From NCBI GenBank assembly GCA_014905635.1, contig JABVCE010000003.1:124001-188000 (forward strand): DNA of 64,000 nt, read 5' to 3'. Below the pieces are notes generated by a model. That model saw nothing but the letters and a program-made list of their open reading frames with translations. It was not told where the DNA came from and did not search any database. Position numbers and translations under genes: made by a program. The stretch comes from Scenedesmus sp. PABB004 (Eukaryota). Below are positions 39,645-52,013 of the stretch, piece by piece (position 1 is the first letter of the stretch; the number at the start of each line of letters is the position of its first letter).

Positions 39645-42252
39645 ATGCAGCTCCAGCGCTGCCTGGCGGCCAGGCTGCCGCGCCTGGCCCGGGCGGCGCT
39701 GGCCGGCGCGCCCGGCGCCCCCGGCGGCGCGGCCGCAGCAGCAGCGGCGCACGCGCGCGCGGGCGGAGGCGGCGGCGGAGGCGGCGGCGCCGGCGGCGGC
39801 GCGCAGGCGGCGGGCCGCTGGTGGACGGCGGCGGCGGGCGCGGCCGGGCTCGCCGCCGCCGCCGCGTGGGCGCCGCCCGCCGCCGCGGCCGACGCGGGCG
39901 CGCCTGCCGCGGGCGCCGCGGCCGACGCGCCCGCGGGTGCGGCGCCGCCGCCCGACGGCAAGCTGCTGCCGCTGTCGACGCGGCGGCGCATCTTTTTCAA
40001 GTACGAGAAGCGCATCCGGGACCGGTCGAGCCTGGAGAAGATCTACGAGTACTTTGCGACGCACGAGCGCCACGGCGTCAAGGTGCCTCGAGAGGGGCAG
40101 GGCGGCCGGGGGCGGGGCGAGCGGCGGGGCGGCGGGGGGCCAACCACGCGCGCGCAGGCGGGCGGGGCGCGCGCGCAGGCGGGCGGGGCGCGCCCGCGCC
40201 GACCGCGCCCGCGCCGCCCGGCCGCGGCGCAGGTCATGTCGGCCGCCGACGTCGTGCGCGCGCTCGTGCACACCTACCCGCCCGCCGGCAGCAGCGTCGA
40301 GCGCGCGGGCTTCCTCGACGGTGCGTGCGCGCGTGCGCGGCGCGCGGCGCCGCGCAGCGCACGGCGCGCGGCCGCACACGGCCGGCGCCCGCGCCGGCGG
40401 CGCCGCGCAGGCGAGCGGTCGCAGCAGGTGGACGCGCCGGGGCGGCGGGACGCGCACCGGGCGCGGAGCCAGCTGCTGCACTTCTTCGACCACAACCAAG
40501 ACGGTGCGCTGCGCTCCTGCGCCGCACGGCACACACGCAAACACGCGCCCACGCGCCCACGCACACGCGCACACACGGCGCGCGCCACGCGCGCCACGCG
40601 CGCCACGCCCCCCCCCCCCCCCCCACCCGCCCAGGCACGATCGACTTCAACGAGTTTGTGCTGATCGTGATCTGCCTCGCCGTCCCCGAGCGCGACGTGG
40701 GCGCCGTGTTTGACTTCATCGACCTCGACAACAACGGCGTCCTCGACGAGGCAGAGTTTGCGCAGGAAAGGCAGCGGCGGGGAGCAGCGGCGGCGGGGAG
40801 CGGCGGCAGGGGGAGCGGCCGGAGGGAGGGAGGGGCGGCGCCGCGCTGTGCGGGGGCCCGGGCCGACGCCGCGGTGCCGGCGGCGCGGCGCGGCGCAGCG
40901 CAGGTGCTGCAGCAGCTGGAGCGGCGCGCCGGCATCCAGGGCACGTTCCACGCGCGCGCCGGCAAGCGGGCGATCGTGGACGAGGACAGCACGTGCGGCC
41001 CGCGCGCGGCGCCCCGGGCCGCGGCGCCCCGCGCGGCGGCGGCCGCGGGGCGCGCGACGCCGCCGCCCCGCCCCGCCCCCGCACTCGTGCGCGCGCGCGC
41101 CAGGGAGCCGGCGGTGCACCGCCTGTTCCTGGACGAGGGCGCCCGGGGCGTCAAGCTGAGCCGCTTCCGGGACTTCCTCGGCCGCCTGCAGGACGGCATG
41201 GTGCGCCTGGAGTTTGACCACTACGACACAGACGGTGCGGCGCGCGGCGCGCGGGCGCTGGGCGCGCGGCGCGCGGCGCGCGGCGCGCGGCGCGGCCCGG
41301 CGGCGGCGCACGGGCGGCGCAGCCCCCCGACGCGCGGCGCGCCCGGCGCGCGCGGCGGGCGCGCAGGCAGCGGGTCGGTGTGCGGCACCGACTTTGCGCA
41401 CAGCCTGGTCACGGCGGCGGACGTGCGGGTGGTCGACGCGTACCTGGACAAGGCGCGCGCCGCCGCCGCGCTTGGCCTGCCAGCCACGCCGGGCCTGGCC
41501 TGCCAGCCGCAGCCAGCGCCGTGGGATCCGCCGCGCACCGCGGCCGCCGCCGCCCGCGCGCCGCGCCGTGCCGCGCAGGTCGAGGCGCTGCCGCCGGCGC
41601 TCGCGCGCGCGCGCGTGAGCCTGAAGGACTTCCAGGCCGTCGCCCACCTGCGCCGCCACGTGCGCGACATCTCGTTCGCCCTCGACTTCTGCTCCCAGGC
41701 GCGACGCGCTGCCGGCTCCGCGCGCGGCCCGCTTGCGCCGCCGCGCCGCCGCGCGGCCCGCTTGCGCCGCCGCGCCGCCGCGCGGCCGCGCCGCGCGCGC
41801 GCCGAGGCCGAGCCGTTCCTCCCTGCGGCCGCCGCGCAGATCGAGCGCCCGCTGCCGCGCGCCGAGTTTGCCAAGCTGCTGTCCAAGGCCCTGGGCGGGC
41901 TGCGCCTCGCGCCGAGCGTGGTGGAGATCATCTACGCGCTCTTTGGCGACGAGGCCGGCAGCCTCGACGGCCCCGCGCTCGTCAGCGCGCTCAAGCGCCG
42001 CAACTACGTGCCCGGCTACAAGGCGCGCACAGCGCGCCCCCAGCGTGCGCTGCGCGCGCCCGCCCGCCCGCGGGGCGCTGCCAGCCGCGCCGCCCTCCAC
42101 CACCGCCGCCGCGTCCGCGCGCCGCCGCCGGCGCCGTCGCGCAGAAGGGGCAGGGCGTGTCGGTGGAGGAGGACTCGGAGCACACGCCGGTGCTCAACTG
42201 GATGCGCTGCGTGCGCAGCTGCACGTTCGGCGGCGAGACGGCGAGCCGCTGA
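39645..42252 (+). CDS. MICU: Mitochondrial calcium uptake protein (MICU-like, EF-hand), multi-exon
   Basis: RRRIFFKYEKRIRDRSSLEKIYEYFAT, MSAADVVRALV, and EF-hands DHNQDGTIDFNEF and DLDNNGVLDEAEF. Confidence 0.88.
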
Positions 42253-42696
42253 GCACTGGCGGGCGCTGAGCGCTGACGCCTGACAGTGCGCGCGGGCACC
42301 GCCTGGGCCCGCGTCGCCGTCCGAGCGGTTACAGCGCCGCTGCGCTCCGGAGCACGCCGCCGCCCACAAGTGCGCCCGTCAGTCAAATAGGCCGCCTGCG
42401 CAGCGGCTCACCGGCGTGGCCTCGGGCCGCGCGCCCACGCCTGGGCGTGCGCGGCGGCCCGCCCCGCCCAAAACCTCGCTCGTGTGCGCGCGCACCGATG
42501 CGCCGCCCCCGTGACTGTGCGCACGCCCACGCCGCACTGCACCACACCGCGCCCGTGCTCCCCTCCCGCCCAAGCAAAGCACTGCTCGCTGGCGGCCCAC
42601 GCACACCCCCACCGCGGCGCGCGCCCGCCGCCGCCCGCCCGCCCCCGACCAGCCCGCAGCCCGGCGCGCCCCGCCGCCGCCTCGATCGCGGGCGGC

Positions 42697-43417
42697 TCAC
42701 TTGCGCTTGAGCACCTTGCTGCCGCCGTCCTTGGCCGCGTCCTTCTTCTTGTCCTTGGGCGCCTTGCTGCCATAGTTGTCCTCGTAGTACTGCCACCCAT
42801 AAACGCCCCCCGCGGCGGCGGCGCCGAGCGACAGCAGCACCAGCGGCACCTTCCACCACTTGCCGCCGCTGCGGCGGTGGGGGCGGTGGCGGCGGGGCGG
42901 CTGCGGCGTCAGCACACGTGCGGCGCGGCGCCGCGCCCGGCGCGCACACGCGGCGCGCGGCGCGCCCCCGCTCACCCCTTGCCCTTTTTGCTGCCCCCGC
43001 CCTTCCCGCCAGCTGCTGGGAGGCCGTTGGGCACGGCGGCTGCGCGGGCGGGCGCGCGCGGGCACACGGGCGGGCGGGCGTGGGCCGGGGCGCCGCCGCG
43101 CGGGAGCCGCGGCCGCGCCGCCGCCGCCGCCGGCCGCCGCGCTGCTGGGGCCCGCGCGCGCGCGCACCGCGGCTGCGCGCGAGCTCGGCCGGGTCCTTGG
43201 CAAAGTCGAGGCCCAGCCGGATGAAGCCGCCCTCGCCGCCCGCGGAGGGCTTGAACAGCTCGAAGTACTTGTCGATCGGCACCGCGTCGAGGATGTCGCT
43301 CACAAAGATGCCTGGGCATTGGCGCGGTGGGCGCGGTGGGCGCGGTGGGCGCGGTGGGCGGGGGGCGGCGGGCGCGCGGCGCGGAGCCTGTCCCCCTGCC
43401 GGCCGGCCGCCGTCGCA

Positions 43418-43460
<43 letters not shown>

Positions 43461-44053
43461 GCCGGCGTTGCCTGCTGCCGCCGCGGGCGCCGGCGGCGCC
43501 TGCCGCCGCCGCCCGCGCGTCGCGCCGGCGCGCACCGCACGCCGCGATGACGCTCGTGCCGCGCTTGGTGCCGCCGCCGCTCTGCACCAGCTTGTCGCGG
43601 CAGAGCATCACGCGCAGCTCGTTGGCGCCCTCCATCACCTCGCTGCGGCGGGGCGCGCGCGGCGCGGGGCGCCGCGTGGGCGGCGGGCGCATGGATGCGC
43701 GCAGCGCGGCGCGGCGCGGCGGCGTGCGGCGCTCACAGCGTCATGGTCTCGTTCCACAGGATAGCCGTGCCCGACACGCGCGCCTTCTTGGTGGCGACCT
43801 TGACGTTGCGCGCGCCGCCGCGCAGCTCGACTGCGCGGCAGCGGCGCCGGCGCTCAGCGGCAGCAGCGGGCGCCGCCGCGGCGCCGCGCCGCGGCGGCCG
43901 GCGCCGGCTCTCCCGGGCGTCCGGGTGCGGGCACGGGCGCTCACCCTTGACGTAGCCCTCAAAGTCGCTCGTGTCCCACACGTAGTTCTCGTCCTTGTTC
44001 TTCCCGCTCGCCTCGATGGCCGTGATGACCAGGTAGCCCACCGGGGACGCCAT
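42697..44053 (-). CDS. C2-domain-like protein with a C-terminal membrane anchor, multi-exon
   Basis: GYLVITAIEA, ILWNETMTLEV, NELRVMLC, KYFELFKP..GGFIRLGLDF, and the hydrophobic segment WWKVPLVLLSLGAAAAGGVYGW. Confidence 0.65.
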
Positions 44054-44747
44054 CCCAGGCGCGGGTGTGGCCCTGGCGGGGGGCTGGCCGGCGTGCGCGC
44101 GCTGGCGCGGCGCGAGGATGCGCGCTCAACGCCCAGGCGGGGCGGGTGCCCTAGCAGGCCCGCGCGGCGTGCGGGAGGCGTGCGGTGCGGTGCTGCAACT
44201 GGACGCGGCGTCCTCGCGCCCTGGATCGGCGCCAAGCCCCGCAGCAGGCGCAGGGCCCGCGGTTCGGGGCTCTGGCGCTCGGTGTGGCCGAGCTCGCCCT
44301 CGCGAACGGCCCTTTTGTCAGCTGCCGGACCAGCAGCAGCGGTGCCGTGCGTGTGCTGCGAGCAGGTGCGGGCCGGCCGGGCGGGCGCAGGGCGCCGCCT
44401 CGGGGGCCGCGGCATGGCGTCGCGCGCTCGGGCGCTGCGGGGGACCAGGGGATCGGGACCGCCCCGAATCGCGGCCCGGCGGCCCGGCGGGGCGGCCAGG
44501 GGCCCCCCGGCGCGTGCTGCTGATGGGCCGCCCAAGATGGGCGGCTGCCGGGCCCGTGCCGCGCGGGGCGGCCGCGCGGAGCGGCGCGGGGTCGCCGCGG
44601 AAGCGCCGTGGCCCGCCGGCCGGGCACCCGGGCGGGGCCGGCGCGCCGGCGGCGCGCGGCGGCGCGCGGCAGCAGCGGCGGCCGCGGCGGGGGCGGCCGG
44701 CCGACGCGCCCACGCGCGCCCGCGCCGGCGCCCGCCCCGCAGCCACG

Positions 44748-46116
44748 ATGTTCACGGCACGCAAGAAGATCGTGAAGGAGAAGGGCGCGGAGCCCGATGA
44801 CTTCGAGGAGGCGGTGGCCCAGGTGCGGCGCGCGGCGCGCGGCCGCGGCCGGCGCGCCGATCGCGGCGCGGCGCGGCGCGATCCGAGCGCGGCGCCGCGC
44901 CCTGCGCAGGCCCTGTTCGACCTGGAGGCCACCAACAACGAGCTGAAGGCGGACCTGCGCGACCTGTACATCACGGCGGCCAAGGAGGTGGACGTGTCCT
45001 CCCGCAAGGCCATCATCGTGCACGTGAGCGCGCGGCCCGCCCGCCGGCCGCGCATGCGGGCGCGCGCACCGGGCGGCCAGCGGCGCCAGCGGCGCCAGCG
45101 GCGCCAGCAAAGGGGAGGGAGGGGTCGGAGGCGGCAGCGGCGCGGCGGCTGCGACAGCGGCGGCGACCGCAGCGGCAGCAGCGACAGCGGCGGCTGTGGC
45201 AACGACAGCGGCGCCAGCAGCCTGGCCGGAGGAGCACGGACGCTGGCGGCTGGCGCGGAGCGGCAGCCTCTGGGAGCAGCAGCAGCCGGCAGCCGTGTGC
45301 GGCCGTGACGCTGGCAGCCAGCGCGCCGGCGCGGGCAGGTCGGCGCCTCGCGCGCGCGCCGCGGCAGCGTCGCCGCCGTCGCTGCCGCTGTGGAGCAGCA
45401 GCAGTGCAGGCCAGCGGGCCAGGGGCGCTGGCGGCACAGCAGCCAGGGGGGGGGGGGGTAGGCGCTGCGCTCGGGCGAGCGCGCGCGGGCGTTGCGAGCA
45501 GCGCCGTGCGGCAGCGCCGCGCGCAACGCCACATGCGCAGGCGCCCGCGCCTGCCCCTCCTCACGCCCCCCCCCCCTCCCGCTCCCCCTCCCGCGCAGGT
45601 GCCGTTCCGCCTGCTCAAGAACTTCCACAAGATCCAGCAGCGCCTGGTGCGCGAGCTGGAGAAGAAGTTCAGCGGCAAGGACGTCGTCGTCGTCGCCAAC
45701 CGCCGCATCATGCCGCCGCCGACCAGCGGCAAGTCCAACGCGCGCCCGCGCAGCCGCACGCTCACGGCGGTGAGTGCGCCGCGCGCGGCGGGCGCGGCGG
45801 CCGCCCGGGGCGGCGGCGGCAGCAGCGGCGCGCCGCGCCGCGCCGCGCCGTGCCGCGCCGGCGCCGCGGGCGCTCACGCGCCGCGCCGCGCCGCACGCAG
45901 GTGCACGACGCCATCCTGGACGACTTGGTATACCCCACGGAGATTGTGGGCAAGCGCACGCGCTACAGGCTCGACGGCTCCAAGGTCCTCAAGGTCTTCC
46001 TCGACCCCAAGGACCGCAACACCACCGAGTACAAGCTGGAGACCTTCGCCGGCGTGTACAAGAAGCTGACCGGCAAGGACGTGGTGTTCGAGTTCCCCGT
46101 GCAGGAGGCGGCCTGA
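44748..46116 (+). CDS. RPS7: 40S ribosomal protein S7 (eS7), 4 coding exons
   Basis: [87 protein letters not shown]. Confidence 0.98.
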
Positions 46117-46523
46117 GCGCCTGCCGAGGGGCCCGTCAGCGTAGCAGCGGCAGCAGCGCGCGCAGCGGCGGCCGCGGCAGCGCCCCGCCGCTGTAACCGC
46201 CCTCTTCTGGACTCGCGAGCAGCTGGTCAGGTGGAGAACGGGCGCCCGATCCCGCGCGTTGGGTGTGCTCCCGGCGAGCCACCGCCGGCAGCGGCGGCCA
46301 GGGCGTCTGTGACGGTGGCGCCGCGGGCGGCGGGGTCCGCCACCTGCCCATCGCGAGCCCACTCCCGCAGCGCGCCACCGCCACACACGTCTCCCAAGCT
46401 CGCTCGTCCGCGCCCTGCCTCGCTGCTGCCGCGCGCTGCCATCTCCGGCCCCCCGCGCCCAACGCAGCCCCGCCTGCCGCTGCTCTGCGCCGCGTCGGCA
46501 CCGTCCCATCGGCGGGGTGCGCC

Positions 46524-47660
46524 ATGGGCGAGCCCGTGACCCGCAAGCGCAAGGACTGGGAGCCGAAGCAGGTCGAAGTGAAGCCGGCCCTCGACCTGCG
46601 CAACGCGGCCCTGGGGCCGCGCGGCTACAAGCTCAAGCCCGTCAAGACGGGGACCCGCACGCTCGAGAAGCACCTGCGCGCCGCGCGGGAGCCGGAGCAG
46701 CCGCCGGCGGCGATGGAGCACGACGGCGACGAGCCGCACGCGCAGCCGGCCGTCAAGCGCCAGCGAGCAGAGGGCGTGCCCTACCGCAACGTGAGCGGCA
46801 CCGGCGGGGCGGCGGGCAGCTGGGGCCGGCGGCCGGCGGCGCTCTGGCGCGCGCCGCGCGCGGCGGCGGCCGGCCGGCGGCTGGCAGCAGCGGCGGCGCG
46901 CGGCGAGCGCCATGGCGGCAGCCGCGGCAGCGGCGGCGCCGGCAGTCGCGTCGGGGGGCAGCTGGGCACAGCCGGGAGGGGGCGCAGCGGGCGGCGGCGG
47001 CGGCGCGCGGCCGCGGCCGGCCCTGGCTGCTGGCCGGCGAGAGCTCGCGAGCCAGCTGGCCGCCCGCGCCCACCCCGCGCGCCCCGGCGTCGCGCGCGCG
47101 CACGCGCGCAGGTGTCGGGCAAGGTGTGGAAGGCGGAGCCGGAGAAGCGTGCGAGCGCGGACAAGAACGCGGTGCTGAACAAGCACAGCAGCTGGGACAA
47201 GAAGATGCGCGAGAAGGCGCTGCGCAAGGTCTTCCTGGAGCAGAAGGCCGCGTCGCTCGCCGCGCACAAGGACAAGCGCAAGGCGCGGCCGCGCCGCCGG
47301 CCGGGCGCGCGCACGCGGCGGCAGCCGCGGCCCGCCCGGCGCGGTCGGCCGCTGCGCGGCGCGGCGCGCGCCCGCCCACGTCCGGCCGCCGCCGCGCCCG
47401 CGCGCGCAGGCCGACGCGCAGCACCGCGCCGCGGTCAAGGAGCGCAAGAAGGCCAACCAGGAGAAGAGCGCGCAGGTTCAAAAGGTGCGCGCTCCGCGCC
47501 CGCGCCGCTGCCGCCGGGCGCGGCTTCGCCGGCGCACCACCGCCACGCCGACTGCGCGCGACCGCGCACGACCGCGCAGATCAGCAACAGCGCGACGGTG
47601 AAGAAGATGCTGAAGAGCAAGAAGCAGCGCAAGCTGCTGCGCACCGCCGACACCACCTGA
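46524..47660 (+). CDS. Cgr1/CCDC86-like nucleolar rRNA-processing protein, multi-exon
   Basis: NVSGKVWKAE...SSWDKKMREK...ISNSATVKKMLKSKKQRKLL, a basic coiled-coil pattern. Confidence 0.7.
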   Translation: MGEPVTRKRKDWEPKQVEVKPALDLRNAALGPRGYKLKPVKTGTRTLEKHLRAAREPEQPPAAMEHDGDEPHAQPAVKRQRAEGVPYRNVSGTGGAAGSWGRRPAALWRAPRAAAAGRRLAAAAARGERHGGSRGSGGAGSRVGGQLGTAGRGRSGRRRRRAAAAGPGCWPARAREPAGRPRPPRAPRRRARARAQVSGKVWKAEPEKRASADKNAVLNKHSSWDKKMREKALRKVFLEQKAASLAAHKDKRKARPRRRPGARTRRQPRPARRGRPLRGAARARPRPAAAAPARAGRRAAPRRGQGAQEGQPGEERAGSKGARSAPAPLPPGAASPAHHRHADCARPRTTAQISNSATVKKMLKSKKQRKLLRTADTT

Positions 47661-47971
47661 GCGCGCGCGCCGCGGCGCGTGCGGCCGGCGGGCGGCGGCC
47701 GGCGGCGCGTGCCGGCGGCGGCCGGCCAGCGGCGCGGGGGGCCTCTGGCGTTTGCGAGGCGCGCCGGACGTCTGTTTGCGCGCAGGCGCGCGCGGCTGTC
47801 ACTTCCACATGTGACACGCACACGATCGCGGCCATTCCGCGCGCCTCGGCCGCCCACCTCGCGCCCCGCTGCGTCACACAGCCACCCCAGCCCCGCCCCG
47901 CCCGTGCGCGTCTCCCTCGCACCGCCGCGGCTCCCCATCACCGGACCCTCCGCGCCCGCCAATTGAGCGCC

Positions 47972-49619
47972 ATGCAGGCCCTGGCAGCCGGCCCGTGCGG
48001 CGCGGGCGTGAAGCCCTTCACGGCCTCGTCGCGCCCGTCGCGCCCCGCCCGCGCGGCGGCGGTGTGCCGCGCGCAGCAGCAGGCGCGCGGCCCGGCGGGC
48101 CCGGGCGTCGCCGCCGCGGCGCTGGCGGCCTCCGCGCTGCTGGTGCCCGCGGCCCAGGCCGCCACGGAGCTGGTGGCGCCAGGCGTTGACCTGTCGGTGG
48201 CAGTCGGCAGCGGCGCGGCGGTCGCCGGCCTTGGCGCGCTGCTCGTCGCGACCGATCCGCAGAAGCGCCGCGAGCAGCAGCTCGCCTCGCACGACGGCGA
48301 CGAGCTGGAGGCGGTGCGCGCCGCGCGGGCGCACGGCGCGCGCGGGCCGCGGTCGCCGCCGCCGCCGGGTCGCGGTGGCCTCGCGGCGCCTCACGCGCGC
48401 GCCCACGGCACCCCCCAGGTCAAGACGTACTTCAACACCGACGGCTTCAACCGCTGGCAGAAGATTTACGGCGAGACGGACGACGTGAACAAGGTGCAGC
48501 TCGACATCCGCGAGGGCCACGCGCAGACGGTGGAGAAAGTGCTGCGCTGGGTGGACGAGGAGGGCGGCGTGGCCGGCACAACCTTTGCCGATGCCGGCTG
48601 CGGCACGGGTGCGCAGGCCGCGCGGGGCCGGGCCGGGGGCGGCGCGGGCGCCGCCAGCACCGCCAGCGCCGGGGCGCGGCCCCCGGGCGGCTCACGCGCC
48701 GCGCCTGCGCGCGCCGCGCTCCCGCAGGCAGCCTGGCCATCCCGCTCGCGCTGCGCGGCGCGGCGGTGTCGGCGAGCGACATCAGCGCCGCCATGGTGGG
48801 CGAGGCGCAGAAGCGCTACGAGGCCGCCGTCGCCGGCGGCGCGCCCGCGCCCGCGACGCCGCCCAAGTTTGAGGCCATGGACCTCGAGTGAGCGCGCGCC
48901 GCACGGCAGGGCAGGCCGGGCTGCTCCCTGTCTCTCTCTCTCTCCTTCTCTCCCTCTCCCCCGCGCGCGCCCCCCGCCGCACGCCGCTGACACCGCGCGC
49001 TGCCGCCACGCGCGCGCGGCGCCGCGCCAGGTCTGTGCCGGGGCGGTACCACACCGTGACCTGCCTGGACGTCATGATCCACTACCCCCAGGTGATCCAC
49101 TCCCCCCTGCTGCGGCCCGCCCCGCACCGCCCGTTCAGCCGCCGCGCGCCCGAGCGTCGCGCCCCGCGCCGCGCGCTCAGCAGCGCCCGCCCGGCCGCGC
49201 CGCGCAGGACAAGGCTGACGCGATGGTGCGGCACCTCGCGGGCCTCGCGGAGTCGCGGCTGATCATCAGCTTTGCGCCCAAGACGCCCTACTACAGCGTG
49301 CTCAAGCGCATCGGCGAGCTCTTCCCGGGGCCCTCCAAGGTGCGGCGCGCGTGCGGGGAGAGGGAGGGAGAGCGAGGGAGGCGGAGAGCCCGCAGCGCGG
49401 CGCGGGCCGCGCGCGGCACGGGGGCGGCGCGGTGGCGGCCCGGTGGCTGACCACCGCCGCGCGCGCCTCGCCGCCGCCGCGCAGGCGACGCGCGCGTACC
49501 TGCACGCCGAGGCGGACGTGGAAGCGTCGCTCGCGGCGGCTGGGTTCAAGGTGGTCAAGCGGGAGATGACGGCGACCAAGTTTTACTTCAGCCGCCTGCT
49601 TGAGGCCGTGCGCGTGTGA
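47972..49619 (+). CDS. CHLM: Magnesium-protoporphyrin IX methyltransferase, chloroplast
   Basis: VKTYFNTDGFNRWQKIYGETDDVNKVQLDIREGHAQTV, DAGCGTGSL, CLDVMIHYPQ, SFAPKT, FPGPSKATRAYLHAE, FYFSRLLEA. Confidence 0.96.
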
Positions 49620-49913
49620 GTGAGGCCCGTGCGGGCGCAGGATGACGCGCGGGCGCGGGGGCAGGGGCTGTTAGTGAGTGGTGCAGGCGGGGGTGGGTTC
49701 GTCGAGAGCGTCTCGCTCGCACGGTGAACCGCGTCGCGGCCGCTCGTCTCCCCTGTGGCGGCGCAGTGGCGGCACCGGTTTGTGGTGCGAGCTCACGCCG
49801 CACCCGGTGGTGCCAGCTCCCGCACGCCGCGAGCCGCACGCGCGGCCAGCGCCACTCCGCCGCCGAACGCAGCCCGCTGCTTGTGAGGCCTCGCAGCGCG
49901 CAGCGCTGTTCGC

Positions 49914-52013
49914 ATGGCGCCGCGGCCGCTGCTGCTGCTCCTGGCGGCGCTGGCGGGCCTGGCCGGGCGCGCAGCAGCAGCACCAGCAGCCGCAGCAGCG
50001 GCGCCGGCGCCGGCGCTGGCGACCGTGGCGCCGCCGGCCCCTGAGCCCGGGCCCGGGCCGCGCCTTTTCGAGCGCATGTCAGGTGGGCCTGGCGAGCGCG
50101 TCAGGGGGTCGCCAGCCGCAGCAGGCGTCCCGCGCAGCCGCACGGCGCCGCTGCTGACGCCGCCCCGCGCGCCCGCTCGCGCCCGCTCGCCGGCAGACCT
50201 GGTCGTGCCGCTGGGTTATCCGCTGGAGGAGCATTTTGTGGAGACGGTGGACGGCTATGTTCTGCGCCTGTTCAGGATCCGGCACGGCCGGCGCGGCGGC
50301 GGCGACGCCGCTGGCGCGTGCGGCGGCAGCGGCCGTGGCGGCGGCGGCGACGGCGGCGGCAGTGGTGGCGGCAGCAGCGGCAGCAGCAGCACGGAGCCCG
50401 GCCGCGGGCCGCGCGCCTGGCAGCGCCGGCTGCTGCTGCGGCTCGGCGGCCGGCGGCGAGCTCCGGCCGGGCGGGCGGGCGGGGGCTGCGGCAGCGGCGG
50501 GCCCCGGCCCGTGGTGCACTTTCAGCACGGCCTGCTTGGCTCCAGCACCGACTGGCTGCTCAACGGCGCGGGCCTCAGCCTGCCGCTGCTGGCGGCCGAC
50601 GCGGGTGGGCAGGCGCAGCGCGAGCGCCGCGCGGCGGCGGCCGGCCTCCGGCCTCGGCGCCGCGCGCCGCCCACGCCGCGCCGCGCCGCGCCGCGGGTCA
50701 GGCTTTGACGTGTGGCTCGGCAACGTGCGCGGCAACCTGTTCAGCCGCAACCACACGAGCCTGTCGCTCGCGGACGAGGCGTTCTGGGCGTTCAGCTGGG
50801 ACGAGATGGCCGGCCGCGACCTGCCGGCGATGCTCACGCACGCGCTGCTCGCCAGCGGCGCGGCGGAGCTGAGCTACGTTGGGCACAGCCAGGGCACCAC
50901 CATCGCGCTCGCCTTCCTCGCCAGCCACGCGCGCAGCGAGCTCGTGGAGCGAATCAAGGCGCGGCGGCGCGGCGGCGGGGGGCCGCGGCGCGCGCGCGGC
51001 CAGGCCGGCGGGCCGTCAGCCCGCCGCGCGCGCGCCTGCCGCCAGGTCGCGGTGCTGCTCGCGCCGGTCGCCTACGTCACCAACGTGGACAGCGTGCCGC
51101 TCATGGCGCTGGCCACGCTCAACACCGACCAGGTGCGCGCGGGCCCGCGGGCCCGCGGGCCGCGGGCGGGGACGCGCCGCGCGGGCCGCGCCAACCGCCG
51201 GCGTGGCGCGCGGGTCCAGGTCTTCACGCTGCTGGGGCTGCACGAGTTCCTGCCGAGCAGCAAGACGCTCGCGTGGCTGGAGGGCCGGCTCTGCCGCGCG
51301 ACGCCCGCGCTGTGCGTCAACCTGCTGGCCGCCATCTGCGGGTACAACCCCTCCAACCTCGACGCGTCCCGCCTGCCCACGTACCTCAACTACACGCCCA
51401 GCGGCACGAGCGTGCAAAACATGGCGCACTGGGCGCAGGCGCGCGCGGCGCGCGTGGCGCGCGGCGGCGGCGCGGGCGCGCCGCGCCGGCCGGGCGCCCG
51501 CCGGCAGCGGCGCCGCCGACGCTGCGCCCGCCGCCCGCGGCAGGCGGTGCGCGCGCCCATCCCGGGCGCGATGCGCTGGTTCGACTACGGCACGAGCTGC
51601 CGCACGCTGCTGGGCGCGCCGCGGCCGTGCAACCAGCTCGCGTACGGCGCGCTGGAGCCGCCAGAGTACGACCTGTCCGCCATCGCCACGCCGCTCGCGC
51701 TCTTCACCGGTGCGCGCGCGGCGCGCCGCTGCGGGCCCGGCCCCCGGCCCCGCACCTCGCGCGCCGCGGCCGGAGCCCGCAGCCCGCGCGCCGCGCGCCG
51801 CCGCGCGGCGCCGCGCCCGCAGGCGGCCAGGACCGGCTCGCCGACCCCGCCGACGCCGCGCTGCTGCTGCGCGCGCTGCCGGCGGGCGCGGTGGCGCTGC
51901 ACCACCACGAGCCGGACTACGAGCACCTGGACTTCATCTGGGGCATCAACGCGGCCGCCCGCATCTACGCGCGCGCGCTGCACGTGCTCCGCGGCGGCGC
52001 GCGCGCCGCGTGA
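49914..52013 (+). CDS. Secreted acid/triacylglycerol lipase (alpha/beta hydrolase), multi-exon
   Basis: GYPLEEHFVETVDGYVLRLFRI, QHGLLGSS, FDVWLGNVRGN, nucleophile motif YVGHSQG, DYEHLDFIWG. Confidence 0.93.

Noticed and set aside
43400..43460. (CTG)n tract as coding poly-Gln/Ala/Ser
   Set aside because: It lies within an intron of the C2-domain gene and is an ordinary microsatellite.
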